Assembly: GCA_039922135.1 (NCBI GenBank)
Contig: JBDSAM010000100.1
Location: forward strand, 1 to 33,215
Source: Blastocatellia bacterium
Lineage (GTDB): Bacteria > Acidobacteriota > Blastocatellia > RBC074
Length of the DNA: 33,215 bases
Direction of reading: 5' to 3'
Shown here: positions 7,266-15,300 of the stretch, piece by piece
How the letters are laid out: each line of letters opens with the position of its first letter
Position numbering within the stretch: position 1 is the stretch's first letter
The notes under the pieces: model-generated
Databases searched by the model: none
What the model saw: only the letters and a program-made list of their open reading frames with translations
What the model was told of the DNA's origin: nothing
Position numbers and translations under genes: made by a program

Positions 7266-8825
7266 TTACCTTCGCCGCCACGCAAACCATTTCTTGAAAA
7301 GCTTGCACACGGTTGGCGACAGCCGTGTGCGATTGTAACCATCCCCAACCCGGCGCAGCACTTCGGCCTGCGTCGGGTAAGGATGAATTGTTGTAGAAAG
7401 CGCGCTGACCTTCAGGCCGTGCGTGATGGCCAGTGTCAGTTCGCTGATCATCTCGCCCGCGTGACGCGCAATGATCGTCCCGCCCAGAATCTTGCCGGTC
7501 TTGCGGTCGTAATGCACGCGGGCAAAGCCTTCCGTTTCGCCATCCAGAATCGCGCGGTCATTGTCGTCGAATTGTTCAGTGATCGTCGCGACATCAAAGC
7601 CTGCCTCTCGCGCGTCAGCTTCGTAAAGGCCAACGTGCGCGACCTCCGGATCGGTGTAAGTACACCACGGCATGACCAACCTGCTGACCTTGGCCCGGCT
7701 AAAGAACAAGGCATTGCGCAACACCCCGCGCGCCATCGCGTCAGCCGCGTGCGTGAATTTGAACTTTGAGCAGACATCACCTGCCGCGTAAATCTTCGGA
7801 TTCGACGTGCGCAACCTTTCATCAACCGTCACGCCTTCGCGCGAATATTCGACGCCCGCTACTTCCAGATTCAGTCCTTCAACGTTCGGCACGCGACCGG
7901 CGGCGGACAGAATTAAATCGCACGTGGCTTCGTGCTGCTTGCCTGCCTGTCCGTAAACGATGATTTTGTCAGTGCCGCGCCGTTCGACGCGCGCGATCTT
8001 CACGCCGTTGTTGATCGCCACGCCTTCACTGACAAACTGGCGATGAATCAACTCCGCGGCGTCCTGATCTTCGCGCGGCAGAATGCGTTCGACATCATTA
8101 AGAATCGTCACCTGACTACCGAATCGCTGAAACGCCTGCGCCAATTCACAGCCAATCGGCCCGCCGCCGATGATAGCCATTCGCCGTGGCAATTCGGTAA
8201 TCGTGAAGATGTTTTCGTTGGTGTAATAACCGGCCTCTTTCAGGCCCGGAATTGGCAGTTCCGCCGGACGCCCTCCGGTTGCAATGACGGCGCGATCAAA
8301 TTCCAGAAGGTGACCACCAACTTCGATGGCTGAAGGGCTGACGAACTTCGCGTCACCCAGAAAAACATCCACGTGATACTTGCTGCCGAACTTCGCCGCC
8401 GCATCGTTGTAGCTGATCTGCGCGCGCAACCGGCGCATCCGTTCCATTGCACCGGCGAAATCAATGCGGGCTTCGCCGGACAGTTGAATGCCGAATTCCT
8501 GAGCCCGCTTCAAATCGTAGATCGCGCGCGAGGCGCGAATGACGCCCTTCGACGGCACGCAGCCCGTTATCAGGCAATCTCCGCCCATCAAGGCGCGTTC
8601 GATGATGGCGGCTTTAGCGCCCAAGCCGCCTGCCCCGCCCGCGCTGACCAATCCGGCAGCGCCCGCGCCAATCGCGATCAAGTTATACTTTCCATTTGGA
8701 GTTGGATTGACGTGATTCGGCGGATGGCAGTTTTCGATCATCAATTGATCGTGTGGGTCGCCGGCTAAGGTCACGTGCCGAATTGCACTGTCGCTTGCAT
8801 CAGTCGCCGCTGCTGTCGTCTGCAT
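7266..8825 (-). CDS. Class I pyridine nucleotide-disulfide (FAD/NAD(P)H) oxidoreductase, mercuric reductase / dihydrolipoamide dehydrogenase-like
   Basis: FAD-binding IGAGAAGLVSAG. Redox-active disulfide GGDCLITGCVPSK. Second dinucleotide fold IIGGGPIGCE. C-terminal dimerisation-type region. Confidence 0.88.
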   Translation of the reverse strand: MQTTAAATDASDSAIRHVTLAGDPHDQLMIENCHPPNHVNPTPNGKYNLIAIGAGAAGLVSAGGAGGLGAKAAIIERALMGGDCLITGCVPSKGVIRASRAIYDLKRAQEFGIQLSGEARIDFAGAMERMRRLRAQISYNDAAAKFGSKYHVDVFLGDAKFVSPSAIEVGGHLLEFDRAVIATGGRPAELPIPGLKEAGYYTNENIFTITELPRRMAIIGGGPIGCELAQAFQRFGSQVTILNDVERILPREDQDAAELIHRQFVSEGVAINNGVKIARVERRGTDKIIVYGQAGKQHEATCDLILSAAGRVPNVEGLNLEVAGVEYSREGVTVDERLRTSNPKIYAAGDVCSKFKFTHAADAMARGVLRNALFFSRAKVSRLVMPWCTYTDPEVAHVGLYEADAREAGFDVATITEQFDDNDRAILDGETEGFARVHYDRKTGKILGGTIIARHAGEMISELTLAITHGLKVSALSTTIHPYPTQAEVLRRVGDGYNRTRLSPTVCKLFKKWFAWRRR

Positions 8826-8828
8826 CGG

Positions 8829-9572
8829 TCAAACTCCTTGCGTTTTGAGTTCAGGCACTTCTTCCAGATTCTCTTGCTCAGCCTGTGCCATGGCACGTCT
8901 TGCCATCCGCGTGATCAAAAGCACAACGGCGACCGTTGCCAGCAAGCCCACGAGCCTGAGCACAAGCTGCCACTTCCCAACACCGCCTGAGTTCGCGCCC
9001 AGCGCATCGCGCGCCGTCACGCCCAGGTAGACGTATAGAAACGTCCCAGGCAGCATTCCAATCAGATTTGCCAGCAGGTAAGAACCCGTCCGCACTGTGG
9101 TCAGCCCAAGAAAATAGTTGAGCAGCGTAAACGGAAAGACCGGGCTGAGCCGTGAGAGCAATACCATCTTGAAGCCTTCGCGACCGATGGCGCGATCTAG
9201 CGCGGCGAACTTCGGATTGCCTGCCGCCCATTGCGCAACCCGCTGGCGCAAAAACGTCCGTGTCAGCCAGAATGCGCCGAGCGCGCCCAGATTCGCACCC
9301 ACAAAAACCACCGCAAACCCTTTCCAGAAGCCGAAGATTCCGCCCGCGCCCAGCGTCAACAGACTGCCGGGAATCAGCAACACCGTCGTTGCGACATAAA
9401 CCAGCACATATGCAACCGGAGCCAGTGCGCCCAGGCTTTCAATCGAACTTTGCAGAATCTTCAACCAATGACTGATCGGCAAAAACCAGATGGCGATCAC
9501 CACAGCGGTCACCAGAAATGCCAGCAGCCAAAGTTTTCTGTTTTTCGTTTCCGCCAAACGAAACCTCCTCAA
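8829..9572 (-). CDS. TVP38/TMEM64 (DedA-superfamily, SNARE-associated) membrane protein
   Basis: Polytopic membrane protein with core motifs LIPGSLLTLGAGGIFG and LSRLSPVFPFTLLNYFLG. Only 3 nt separate it from the downstream oxidoreductase gene. Confidence 0.8.
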   Translation of the reverse strand: MRRFRLAETKNRKLWLLAFLVTAVVIAIWFLPISHWLKILQSSIESLGALAPVAYVLVYVATTVLLIPGSLLTLGAGGIFGFWKGFAVVFVGANLGALGAFWLTRTFLRQRVAQWAAGNPKFAALDRAIGREGFKMVLLSRLSPVFPFTLLNYFLGLTTVRTGSYLLANLIGMLPGTFLYVYLGVTARDALGANSGGVGKWQLVLRLVGLLATVAVVLLITRMARRAMAQAEQENLEEVPELKTQGV

Positions 9573-9651
9573 CTCAGATATTCAACAACGGCGAGCGTAA
9601 TGGAGAGGTAGTAATAAGACTAGCGGAAACAATCAATGCCGCCGAAACGCG

Positions 9652-10527
9652 TCACTTCCCTGCCAGATTCAACGATGCCGCGCCCAGAATTCGTTTGTGA
9701 GCGCGCTCCTGCACAAACGCCACCGCGCGCAGTTCGCCGCGCTTCCATTCCTTGTTCAACATCGCCGTCGTTTCCGCCTCAAAGGCCTTGTTTGAACCAG
9801 CAATCTGCCCCAGCGACCGCAGTTCCCGCACCACCGCCGTATGCCCTAGCTTTCGTCCGGAGTTTTCGCCGCGCACGACCTGCGAAGAAAGATTGCTTTC
9901 CGTAATCGCCAGCAGCACTTCGGCAACGTCGCCGGAAGTCACGGCAGGAAGTTTTTCCACGCTGACTTTCAGTTTGACTGCCTGCGCATCGCTGGCCGAA
10001 GCATTTTCAGCAAATGCAATTTTCACTTCGCCCTTCGGCAATTTCGCCGCGCGCGTAATTGCCGCCTGCGCCTTGCTGGAATTGCTGCCGATAAATTCCG
10101 CCTGCCCATCCACCACCATCTGCGGCGTATAAACTCCGTCGTTGCCAAACACCGGCGCATAAGCTTGCTGTCGCGCGCTGAAAGCCGCCGAAGAAAACGG
10201 GTCCGACCAGCCAATGTAGTTCCAGTAATCCACGTGCTCGCTCAGCGCGATGACTTCCACACCGGCAACTGGCTGTGATTTTTCCAGTTGCGCCAATACC
10301 ACGTCAGCGGGCGGACAACTGGAACAGCCTTCTGAGGTGAAAAGCTCAACGATAACAGGCGCGCGTTTGCTATCACCAGATTCCGGCGGCGCAATCTCCG
10401 CCGCCCCAGCCTTCACGTTCGTCACCGAAGACGCCGCCGACCAGTTGATCGGCTTACGAAATACCAACCCGATTCCCGCCAACAACACAACGACCAGTAA
10501 CAAAACCGCAGCAATCATCATTCTCAT
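9652..10527 (-). CDS. DUF1223 thioredoxin-like protein with N-terminal membrane anchor or signal
   Basis: N-terminal hydrophobic helix. Signature ELFTSEGCSSCPPAD followed by HVDYWNYIGWSDPF, as I recall for DUF1223. Confidence 0.8.
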   Translation of the reverse strand: MRMMIAAVLLLVVVLLAGIGLVFRKPINWSAASSVTNVKAGAAEIAPPESGDSKRAPVIVELFTSEGCSSCPPADVVLAQLEKSQPVAGVEVIALSEHVDYWNYIGWSDPFSSAAFSARQQAYAPVFGNDGVYTPQMVVDGQAEFIGSNSSKAQAAITRAAKLPKGEVKIAFAENASASDAQAVKLKVSVEKLPAVTSGDVAEVLLAITESNLSSQVVRGENSGRKLGHTAVVRELRSLGQIAGSNKAFEAETTAMLNKEWKRGELRAVAFVQERAHKRILGAASLNLAGK

Positions 10528-10586
10528 GGAAAAATCCCTTTCGACTTAAATTGAAGCATAGCCGCCAAGTTATGCCCCCATTCACC

Positions 10587-10612
10587 TTGCGTCTGTATGA
10601 CAACAGACGCAA
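10587..10612. promoter_or_regulatory. Perfect 10-bp inverted repeat in the divergent DUF1223 / kdpD(C) control region
   Basis: TTGCGTCTGT (10587-10596), loop ATGACA, ACAGACGCAA (10603-10612). Confidence 0.3.
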
Positions 10613-10688
10613 AGCGATGATGAAAGGCCTGATCTTGCCATTCTTCTCTAACTCGCGCTACAACTTGAATCAGAAGGCGGCGCAAACA

Positions 10689-11888
10689 ATGAGCACAAGT
10701 TGGGACAAACTTTTTCTACGCGCGGGTAACGGCTATCTGTTCGCCGTGTCCGGCGTGGCGGCGGTGACGATGGCGTTGGCGCCGTTTCACGAACGGTTCA
10801 GTTCGACGACGGTGGCGCTGGCATTGTTGTTGGTGGTGTTGTTTGCCGCGACAGGGTGGGGCAGCCGGCCGGCTTCGCTGGCGGCGATTCTGGGTGGGGT
10901 CTGTTTCAACTTCTTTTTCCTGCCGCCGGTTCATACCTTCACCATTGCTAACCCACAAAACTGGATTGCGCTGGCGGCGTTTCTGATTACCGCCGTGACC
11001 GCCGGGCAGCTTTCCGCGCGCGCCAAACACCGCGCTGAAGAAGCCGAGGCAGGCAAGCGGGAGATCGAACGGCTCTATCAAGAATACAAAATCGCTTCGG
11101 AAGCAGCCCGGCAGGGGGAGGTCTTTCGCCAGAGCGAGCAGTTGAAATCGGCGTTGCTGGACGCGGTGACGCACGATATGCGGACGCCGCTGACTTCGAT
11201 CAAGGCTTCGGCGACTACGCTACTGGCGGAAATGCAGGCCGCAGGTGATTCCGACGATCCGGTCAGGCTGGACCCGGAAGGCCGCACGGAACTGCTGGAA
11301 GTCATCAACGAAGAGACTGACCGGCTGAACCGCTTTGTCGAAAACATGGTCGAGTTGGCGCGCCTGGAAGCCGGAGAGTTGCGGTTGCGCCGCCGCTGGG
11401 GTTCGGTCGAAGAGATTGTGGCGCTGGCGCGCGACCGGGCGAGCGAATTGACCGCGAAACACCCCATTGAAGTCGCCATCGAAACCGAATTGCCTTCGGC
11501 GCGCGTGGATGCAACTTTGCTGGCCGAGGTGGTGTATTCGCTGATTGATAATGCCGCGAAGTATTCGCCCGCAGGTTCGCCGATCAAGATCACAGCCAAC
11601 CGGGATAAAGACGAAATGATTTTGCTGGCGGTCGAAGATCAGGGGCGCGGCGTTCCAGAGGAAATGCGGGCGCGGGTCTTCGACAAATTCTTTCGCGTGT
11701 CCGATACAAACGCGAATCAGCCCAGCGGATTGGGCATGGGATTGGCCATCGCGCGCGGCATCGTGGAAGCTCACGGCGGGCGCATCTGGATCGAAAGCGG
11801 AGAGCAGGATCGCGGCACGCGAATGAAGCTGTTGATCCCGATTGGCGACGAAGAACCGGCGGAAAGATTGGAAGAAAATGCCGAATGA
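10689..11888 (+). CDS. kdpD: KdpD C-terminal half: membrane (DUF4118-like) module + HisKA + HATPase_c histidine kinase
   Basis: TM module with FNFFFLPPVHTFTIANPQNW. H-box LLDAVTHDMRTPLTSI. N-box LIDNAAKYSP. G-boxes EDQGRGVP and GLGMGLAIARGIVEAHGG. Start placed at the ATG at 10689. The track ORF begins at a TTG at 10551, which adds a non-homologous basic leader. Confidence 0.85.
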   Translation: MSTSWDKLFLRAGNGYLFAVSGVAAVTMALAPFHERFSSTTVALALLLVVLFAATGWGSRPASLAAILGGVCFNFFFLPPVHTFTIANPQNWIALAAFLITAVTAGQLSARAKHRAEEAEAGKREIERLYQEYKIASEAARQGEVFRQSEQLKSALLDAVTHDMRTPLTSIKASATTLLAEMQAAGDSDDPVRLDPEGRTELLEVINEETDRLNRFVENMVELARLEAGELRLRRRWGSVEEIVALARDRASELTAKHPIEVAIETELPSARVDATLLAEVVYSLIDNAAKYSPAGSPIKITANRDKDEMILLAVEDQGRGVPEEMRARVFDKFFRVSDTNANQPSGLGMGLAIARGIVEAHGGRIWIESGEQDRGTRMKLLIPIGDEEPAERLEENAE

Positions 11889-12586
11889 ATATAAATGAAG
11901 CGCAACGCATTCTGGTGGTGGACGATGAAACGCAGATCGCCCGCGTGCTGCGGCGCGGATTGTCCGCGCGCGGTTACGAAGTCCAAACCGCCAGCGACGG
12001 CGAAGAAGCGCTGAATGTCTTCTCTCAGTGGCCGGCGAATCTGGTCATCACAGACCTTTCGATGCCGCAGATGGGCGGGCTGGAACTTTGCCGCCGCCTG
12101 CGCAAGCTCTCCCAGGTTCCGATCATCGTGCTTTCGGTCAAAGGCGAAGAGCGAACCAAAGTCGAAGCGCTGGACGCGGGCGCGGACGATTACATCACCA
12201 AACCATTCGGCATTGACGAACTGCTGGCCCGAGTTCGCGCCACGCTGCGCCGCGCGCCGACAGCCACGGAGCGCGAAGTCAAAGAGATTACGCTTGGCGA
12301 TTTTCACGTTGATCTGGAAGCGCGCACCGTCGCTGCGCGTGGTGAAGAAGTCCATCTGACGCCCAAAGAATATGAACTGCTAGTTTACCTGATTCGCCGC
12401 GCAGGCAAAGTTCTGACGCATCGCGTGCTGCTCGGCGCAATCTGGGGCGGCGATTACACGGAACAGACCGAATACCTGCGCGTTTTCGTCGGCCAGTTGC
12501 GCAAAAAGATCGAAGTTGATCCGGCCAAACCTCGTTACATTCTGACCGAACCGTGGATTGGTTACCGCTTTAATGCGGAAAGTTAG
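11885..12586 (+). CDS. kdpE: OmpR-family response regulator KdpE
   Basis: Receiver domain (VVDDE, ITDLSMPQMGG, ADDYITKPF) plus winged-helix output (LTPKEYELLVYLIRRAGKVLTHRVLL, GYRF). ATGA overlap with the kinase gene. Lies next to kdpFABC. Confidence 0.9.
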   Translation: MNINEAQRILVVDDETQIARVLRRGLSARGYEVQTASDGEEALNVFSQWPANLVITDLSMPQMGGLELCRRLRKLSQVPIIVLSVKGEERTKVEALDAGADDYITKPFGIDELLARVRATLRRAPTATEREVKEITLGDFHVDLEARTVAARGEEVHLTPKEYELLVYLIRRAGKVLTHRVLLGAIWGGDYTEQTEYLRVFVGQLRKKIEVDPAKPRYILTEPWIGYRFNAES

Positions 12587-12608
12587 CCCGCCAATTTCTC
12601 CTGCCACC

Positions 12609-12625
12609 TTTACGAATTCTTTATA
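12609..12625 (+). promoter_or_regulatory. Candidate KdpE operator (direct repeat TTTACG-N5-TTTATA)
   Basis: TTTACG (12609-12614), AATTC, TTTATA (12620-12625). It has the same half-site sequence and 11-bp periodicity as the E. coli kdpFABC operator TTTATA-N5-TTTACA, as I recall it. It lies just upstream of the kdp leader. Confidence 0.4.
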
Positions 12626-12785
12626 AACCGCTTACGCAATCCTTATGCGCGCCGCTCTATGCTCAGCCCAGTTGATGAGGGATTCATATAGACAACAAGA
12701 AGTGCTGACTCGCCTGGACGCGGAACACTTAAACGAGTTCACGTTGGACTCGCGCGCCGCCGGGGAGCAACTAAATGGAGATGAC

Positions 12786-12965
12786 ATGAACGCATTGGCA
12801 TTTGTACATCAAAGCGCGCCATCGGGTGTGCAGCCTCAGACCGCAGGCAGCCGTGTACTGGCAAAGGCTCAGGTTATTGGCACGCTGGTCGGGCTGGCCG
12901 GTGGCATGGCGGCTGGGATTTCAGGCTCAATGATGACGGTCGCTAGTTGGCTTACGTCCAATTAA
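12786..12965 (+). CDS. Hypothetical small Gly-rich membrane protein in the kdp leader (see finding on in-frame stop)
   Basis: ATG preceded by GGAG. Predicted C-terminal Gly/Ala-rich hydrophobic segment VIGTLVGLAGGMAAGISGSMM. The frame continues past the TAA. Confidence 0.3.
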   Translation: MNALAFVHQSAPSGVQPQTAGSRVLAKAQVIGTLVGLAGGMAAGISGSMMTVASWLTSN

Positions 12966-13149
12966 GGCGCGCGGCATTGGCTACACACGGCTGGAACAAG
13001 TCTGTTCTTCCTGACCATACCGCTCATCATTCTGGGTGCGTGCTGCCTGGATTGGATAGAAAAAGACAAGCCACAGGGCCGGTCGAAACTCTCCCGTTAT
13101 GACGAGGATAATGACGATCAATAGAAACGGTGATTCAAAAGGAGTTTTT

Positions 13150-13236
13150 ATGCTGGACCTGATTTTTGTGGGATTGACGATTGTTTTCTTTCTGCTCTCG
13201 CTGGCCTACGTGCGAGGGTGCGAGAAGCTGCAATAA
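13150..13236 (+). CDS. 28-aa hydrophobic peptide directly upstream of kdpF (uncharacterised)
   Basis: MLDLIFVGLTIVFFLLSLAYVRGCEKLQ. Strong SD AAAGGAG sits 5 nt upstream. The stop lies 11 nt before the kdpF ATG. Confidence 0.45.
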   Translation: MLDLIFVGLTIVFFLLSLAYVRGCEKLQ

Positions 13237-13247
13237 GGAGTTGAACT

Positions 13248-13337
13248 ATGAATCTCGAAGCTGTTCTGGGCATCGTGGTATCCGTCCTGCTGCTCGTTTA
13301 CCTGACTTACGCACTTTTGCGCCCCGAAAAATTCTAA
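13248..13337 (+). CDS. kdpF: K+-transporting ATPase subunit F
   Basis: MNLEAVLGIVVSVLLLVYLTYALLRPEKF. It carries the KdpF C-terminal signature YL.YALLRPE+F. SD GGAG upstream. It lies 27 nt before kdpA. Not in the ORF track (too short). Confidence 0.85.
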   Translation: MNLEAVLGIVVSVLLLVYLTYALLRPEKF

Positions 13338-13364
13338 CCCGTATTTCTAAGAGGATAAATTCCG

Positions 13365-15176
13365 ATGACTATCAACGGATGGTTACAAATTCTGTTCTTC
13401 CTCGCGCTGATCCTCGCCGTCACAAAGCCAATGGGCGTTTTCATGACGCGGGTCTTTAACGGCGAGCGGACATTCCTTGACCCGGTGCTGCGTCCCATCG
13501 AACGGCTGATCTACCGCCTGACCGGCGTGGACGAAAAGCGCGAAATGCGGTGGACGGAGTACGCAGTGGCGATGCTGCTGTTCAGTGCGGTTTCCATGAT
13601 CGTGCTCTACCTGATGCAGCGCTTGCAGGCATATATGCCATTCAACCCGCAGAAGCTGGCCAACATTGAGCCTAGCTCATCCTTCAACACCGCGGCGTCG
13701 TTCACGACCAATACCAACTGGCAAAGCTACGTGCCGGAAACGACGATGAGCTATCTGACGCAGATGGCCGGGCTGGCTTATCACAACTTTGCCTCGGCGG
13801 CGGTTGGCATCTCGCTCGCCATTGCGTTCATTCGCGGCGTTGCGCGCCGCGAGAAGGACACGCTCGGCAACTTCTGGGTTGATTTCACGCGGACGTGCCT
13901 TTGGATTTTGCTGCCCTTCTGCCTGATCGGCGCGCTGGTGCTGGTTTCGCAGGGCACGATTCAAAATCTGAAGCCATACGACACGGTCAAGCTGGTTGAT
14001 CCGCAGACAATCTCCGTGGACAAGAAGGACGCGAGCGGCAACGTTGTCAACGGCGCAGATGGCAAGCCCGTGCAAGAGACACAAACCATCACCGAACAGG
14101 TTATTGCTCAGGGGCCGCTGGCTTCGCAGGAGTTCATTAAACAGTGGGGTACGAATGGCGGCGGCTTCTTTAATGCCAACAGTTCGCATCCGCTGGAAAA
14201 TCCAACGCCATTCACCAACCTGATTGCATTGTTCTCGATCTTCGCCATCTCCGCCGGGCTGACTTACACGCTGGGGCGGATGACCGGCTCGCCGAAACAT
14301 GGATGGGCGGTCTGGGCGGCGATGGCCGTGCTGTTTTTCGCGGGCGTGTTGGTGGCTTATTGGGCCGAAGCGCGCGGCAATCCCTTGCTGACCGGTACGG
14401 ATCAAGTTGTGAGCGCGATGCAATCGGGCGGCAACATGGAAGGCAAGGAAGTGCGGTTTGGCATTGCCAACTCGGCGTTGTTTGCCACCGTTACGACTGA
14501 CGCTTCGTGCGGCGCGGTCAATTCAATGCACGATTCATTCACGCCGCTGGGCGGGATGATCCCGCTGCTCAACATCATGCTCTGCGAAGTCATCTTCGGC
14601 GGAGTCGGCGCTGGGATGTATGGAATTTTGATCTACATCGTGCTGGCGGTCTTTATCGCCGGGTTGATGGTGGGGCGCACGCCGGAATATCTGGGCAAGA
14701 AGATCGAAGCCTTCGATGTGAAGATGGCTATGCTCAACGTGTTGATCTTCCCGCTGACGATTTTGCTCTTCACAGCCATCTCGTCGGTTTCGCCATTGTT
14801 CGGCACCTCGCAACTCAACAACGCCGGGCCGCACGGGCTTTCGGAGATGCTCTATGCCTTCACATCAGGTACGGGCAATAACGGCTCGGCTTTCGCGGGC
14901 ATTTCGGCGAACACTTATTGGTACAACACGACGATCGGCATCTCGACGCTGCTTGGGCGCTTTTTGATGATCATCCCGATGCTGGCGCTGGCCGGCAATC
15001 TGGCGCGCAAGAAGACGGTGCCGCCTTCATTGGGCACCTTCCCGGTAACGACGCCGCTGTTCACGACGCTCTTGATCAGCGTCATCATCATCGTCGGCGC
15101 ACTGACGTTCTTCCCAACTTTAAGTCTCGGCCCCATTGTGGAGCACTTGCTGATGTACGTCGGGCAAACGTTTTGA
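13365..15176 (+). CDS. kdpA: K+-transporting ATPase subunit A
   Basis: Typical KdpA N-terminus [25 protein letters not shown], about 600 aa and polytopic. Lies in kdpFABC order. Confidence 0.97.
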   Translation: MTINGWLQILFFLALILAVTKPMGVFMTRVFNGERTFLDPVLRPIERLIYRLTGVDEKREMRWTEYAVAMLLFSAVSMIVLYLMQRLQAYMPFNPQKLANIEPSSSFNTAASFTTNTNWQSYVPETTMSYLTQMAGLAYHNFASAAVGISLAIAFIRGVARREKDTLGNFWVDFTRTCLWILLPFCLIGALVLVSQGTIQNLKPYDTVKLVDPQTISVDKKDASGNVVNGADGKPVQETQTITEQVIAQGPLASQEFIKQWGTNGGGFFNANSSHPLENPTPFTNLIALFSIFAISAGLTYTLGRMTGSPKHGWAVWAAMAVLFFAGVLVAYWAEARGNPLLTGTDQVVSAMQSGGNMEGKEVRFGIANSALFATVTTDASCGAVNSMHDSFTPLGGMIPLLNIMLCEVIFGGVGAGMYGILIYIVLAVFIAGLMVGRTPEYLGKKIEAFDVKMAMLNVLIFPLTILLFTAISSVSPLFGTSQLNNAGPHGLSEMLYAFTSGTGNNGSAFAGISANTYWYNTTIGISTLLGRFLMIIPMLALAGNLARKKTVPPSLGTFPVTTPLFTTLLISVIIIVGALTFFPTLSLGPIVEHLLMYVGQTF

Positions 15177-15180
15177 AACC

Positions 15181-15283
15181 CTGGGAGCGCAGTGCCTCCG
15201 GCCTGCGAGCCGTGTTAGGAAGACCCCTCGTAAAAGAAAAGGCGAGTCGAGAATGTCCGCAGGCTGGAAGCACTGCGCTCCAG
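15181..15283 (+). repeat. Long imperfect hairpin filling the kdpA-kdpB spacer
   Basis: Left arm CTGGGAGCGCAGTGCCTCCGGCCTGCG (15181-15207) pairs with right arm CGCAGGCTGGAAGCACTGCGCTCCAG (15258-15283). About 24-26 bp are paired, with 1 bulge, 1 mismatch and 1 G-U. The right arm abuts the kdpB SD AGGAAGG. Confidence 0.6.
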
Positions 15284-15300
15284 GAAGGAACACAAGAATT

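Noticed and set aside
10551-10688. TTG-initiated N-terminal extension of the kinase ORF.
   Set aside because: The extension is basic and non-homologous, contains the perfect 10-bp palindrome, and would leave only 23 nt of divergent promoter space. The ATG at 10689 precedes the first TM helix, as expected.
12630-12790. c-di-AMP (ydaO/kimA-type) riboswitch in the kdp leader.
   Set aside because: Such riboswitches precede kdp genes in some Firmicutes. I could not recognise the pseudo-symmetric conserved core here. This needs a covariance-model scan to settle.
15253-15300. Upstream ATG for kdpB (track start).
   Set aside because: It adds [16 protein letters not shown], which has no counterpart in KdpB proteins, and it lies inside the intergenic hairpin. 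The ATG at 15301 has an SD and aligns with the E. coli KdpB N-terminus.
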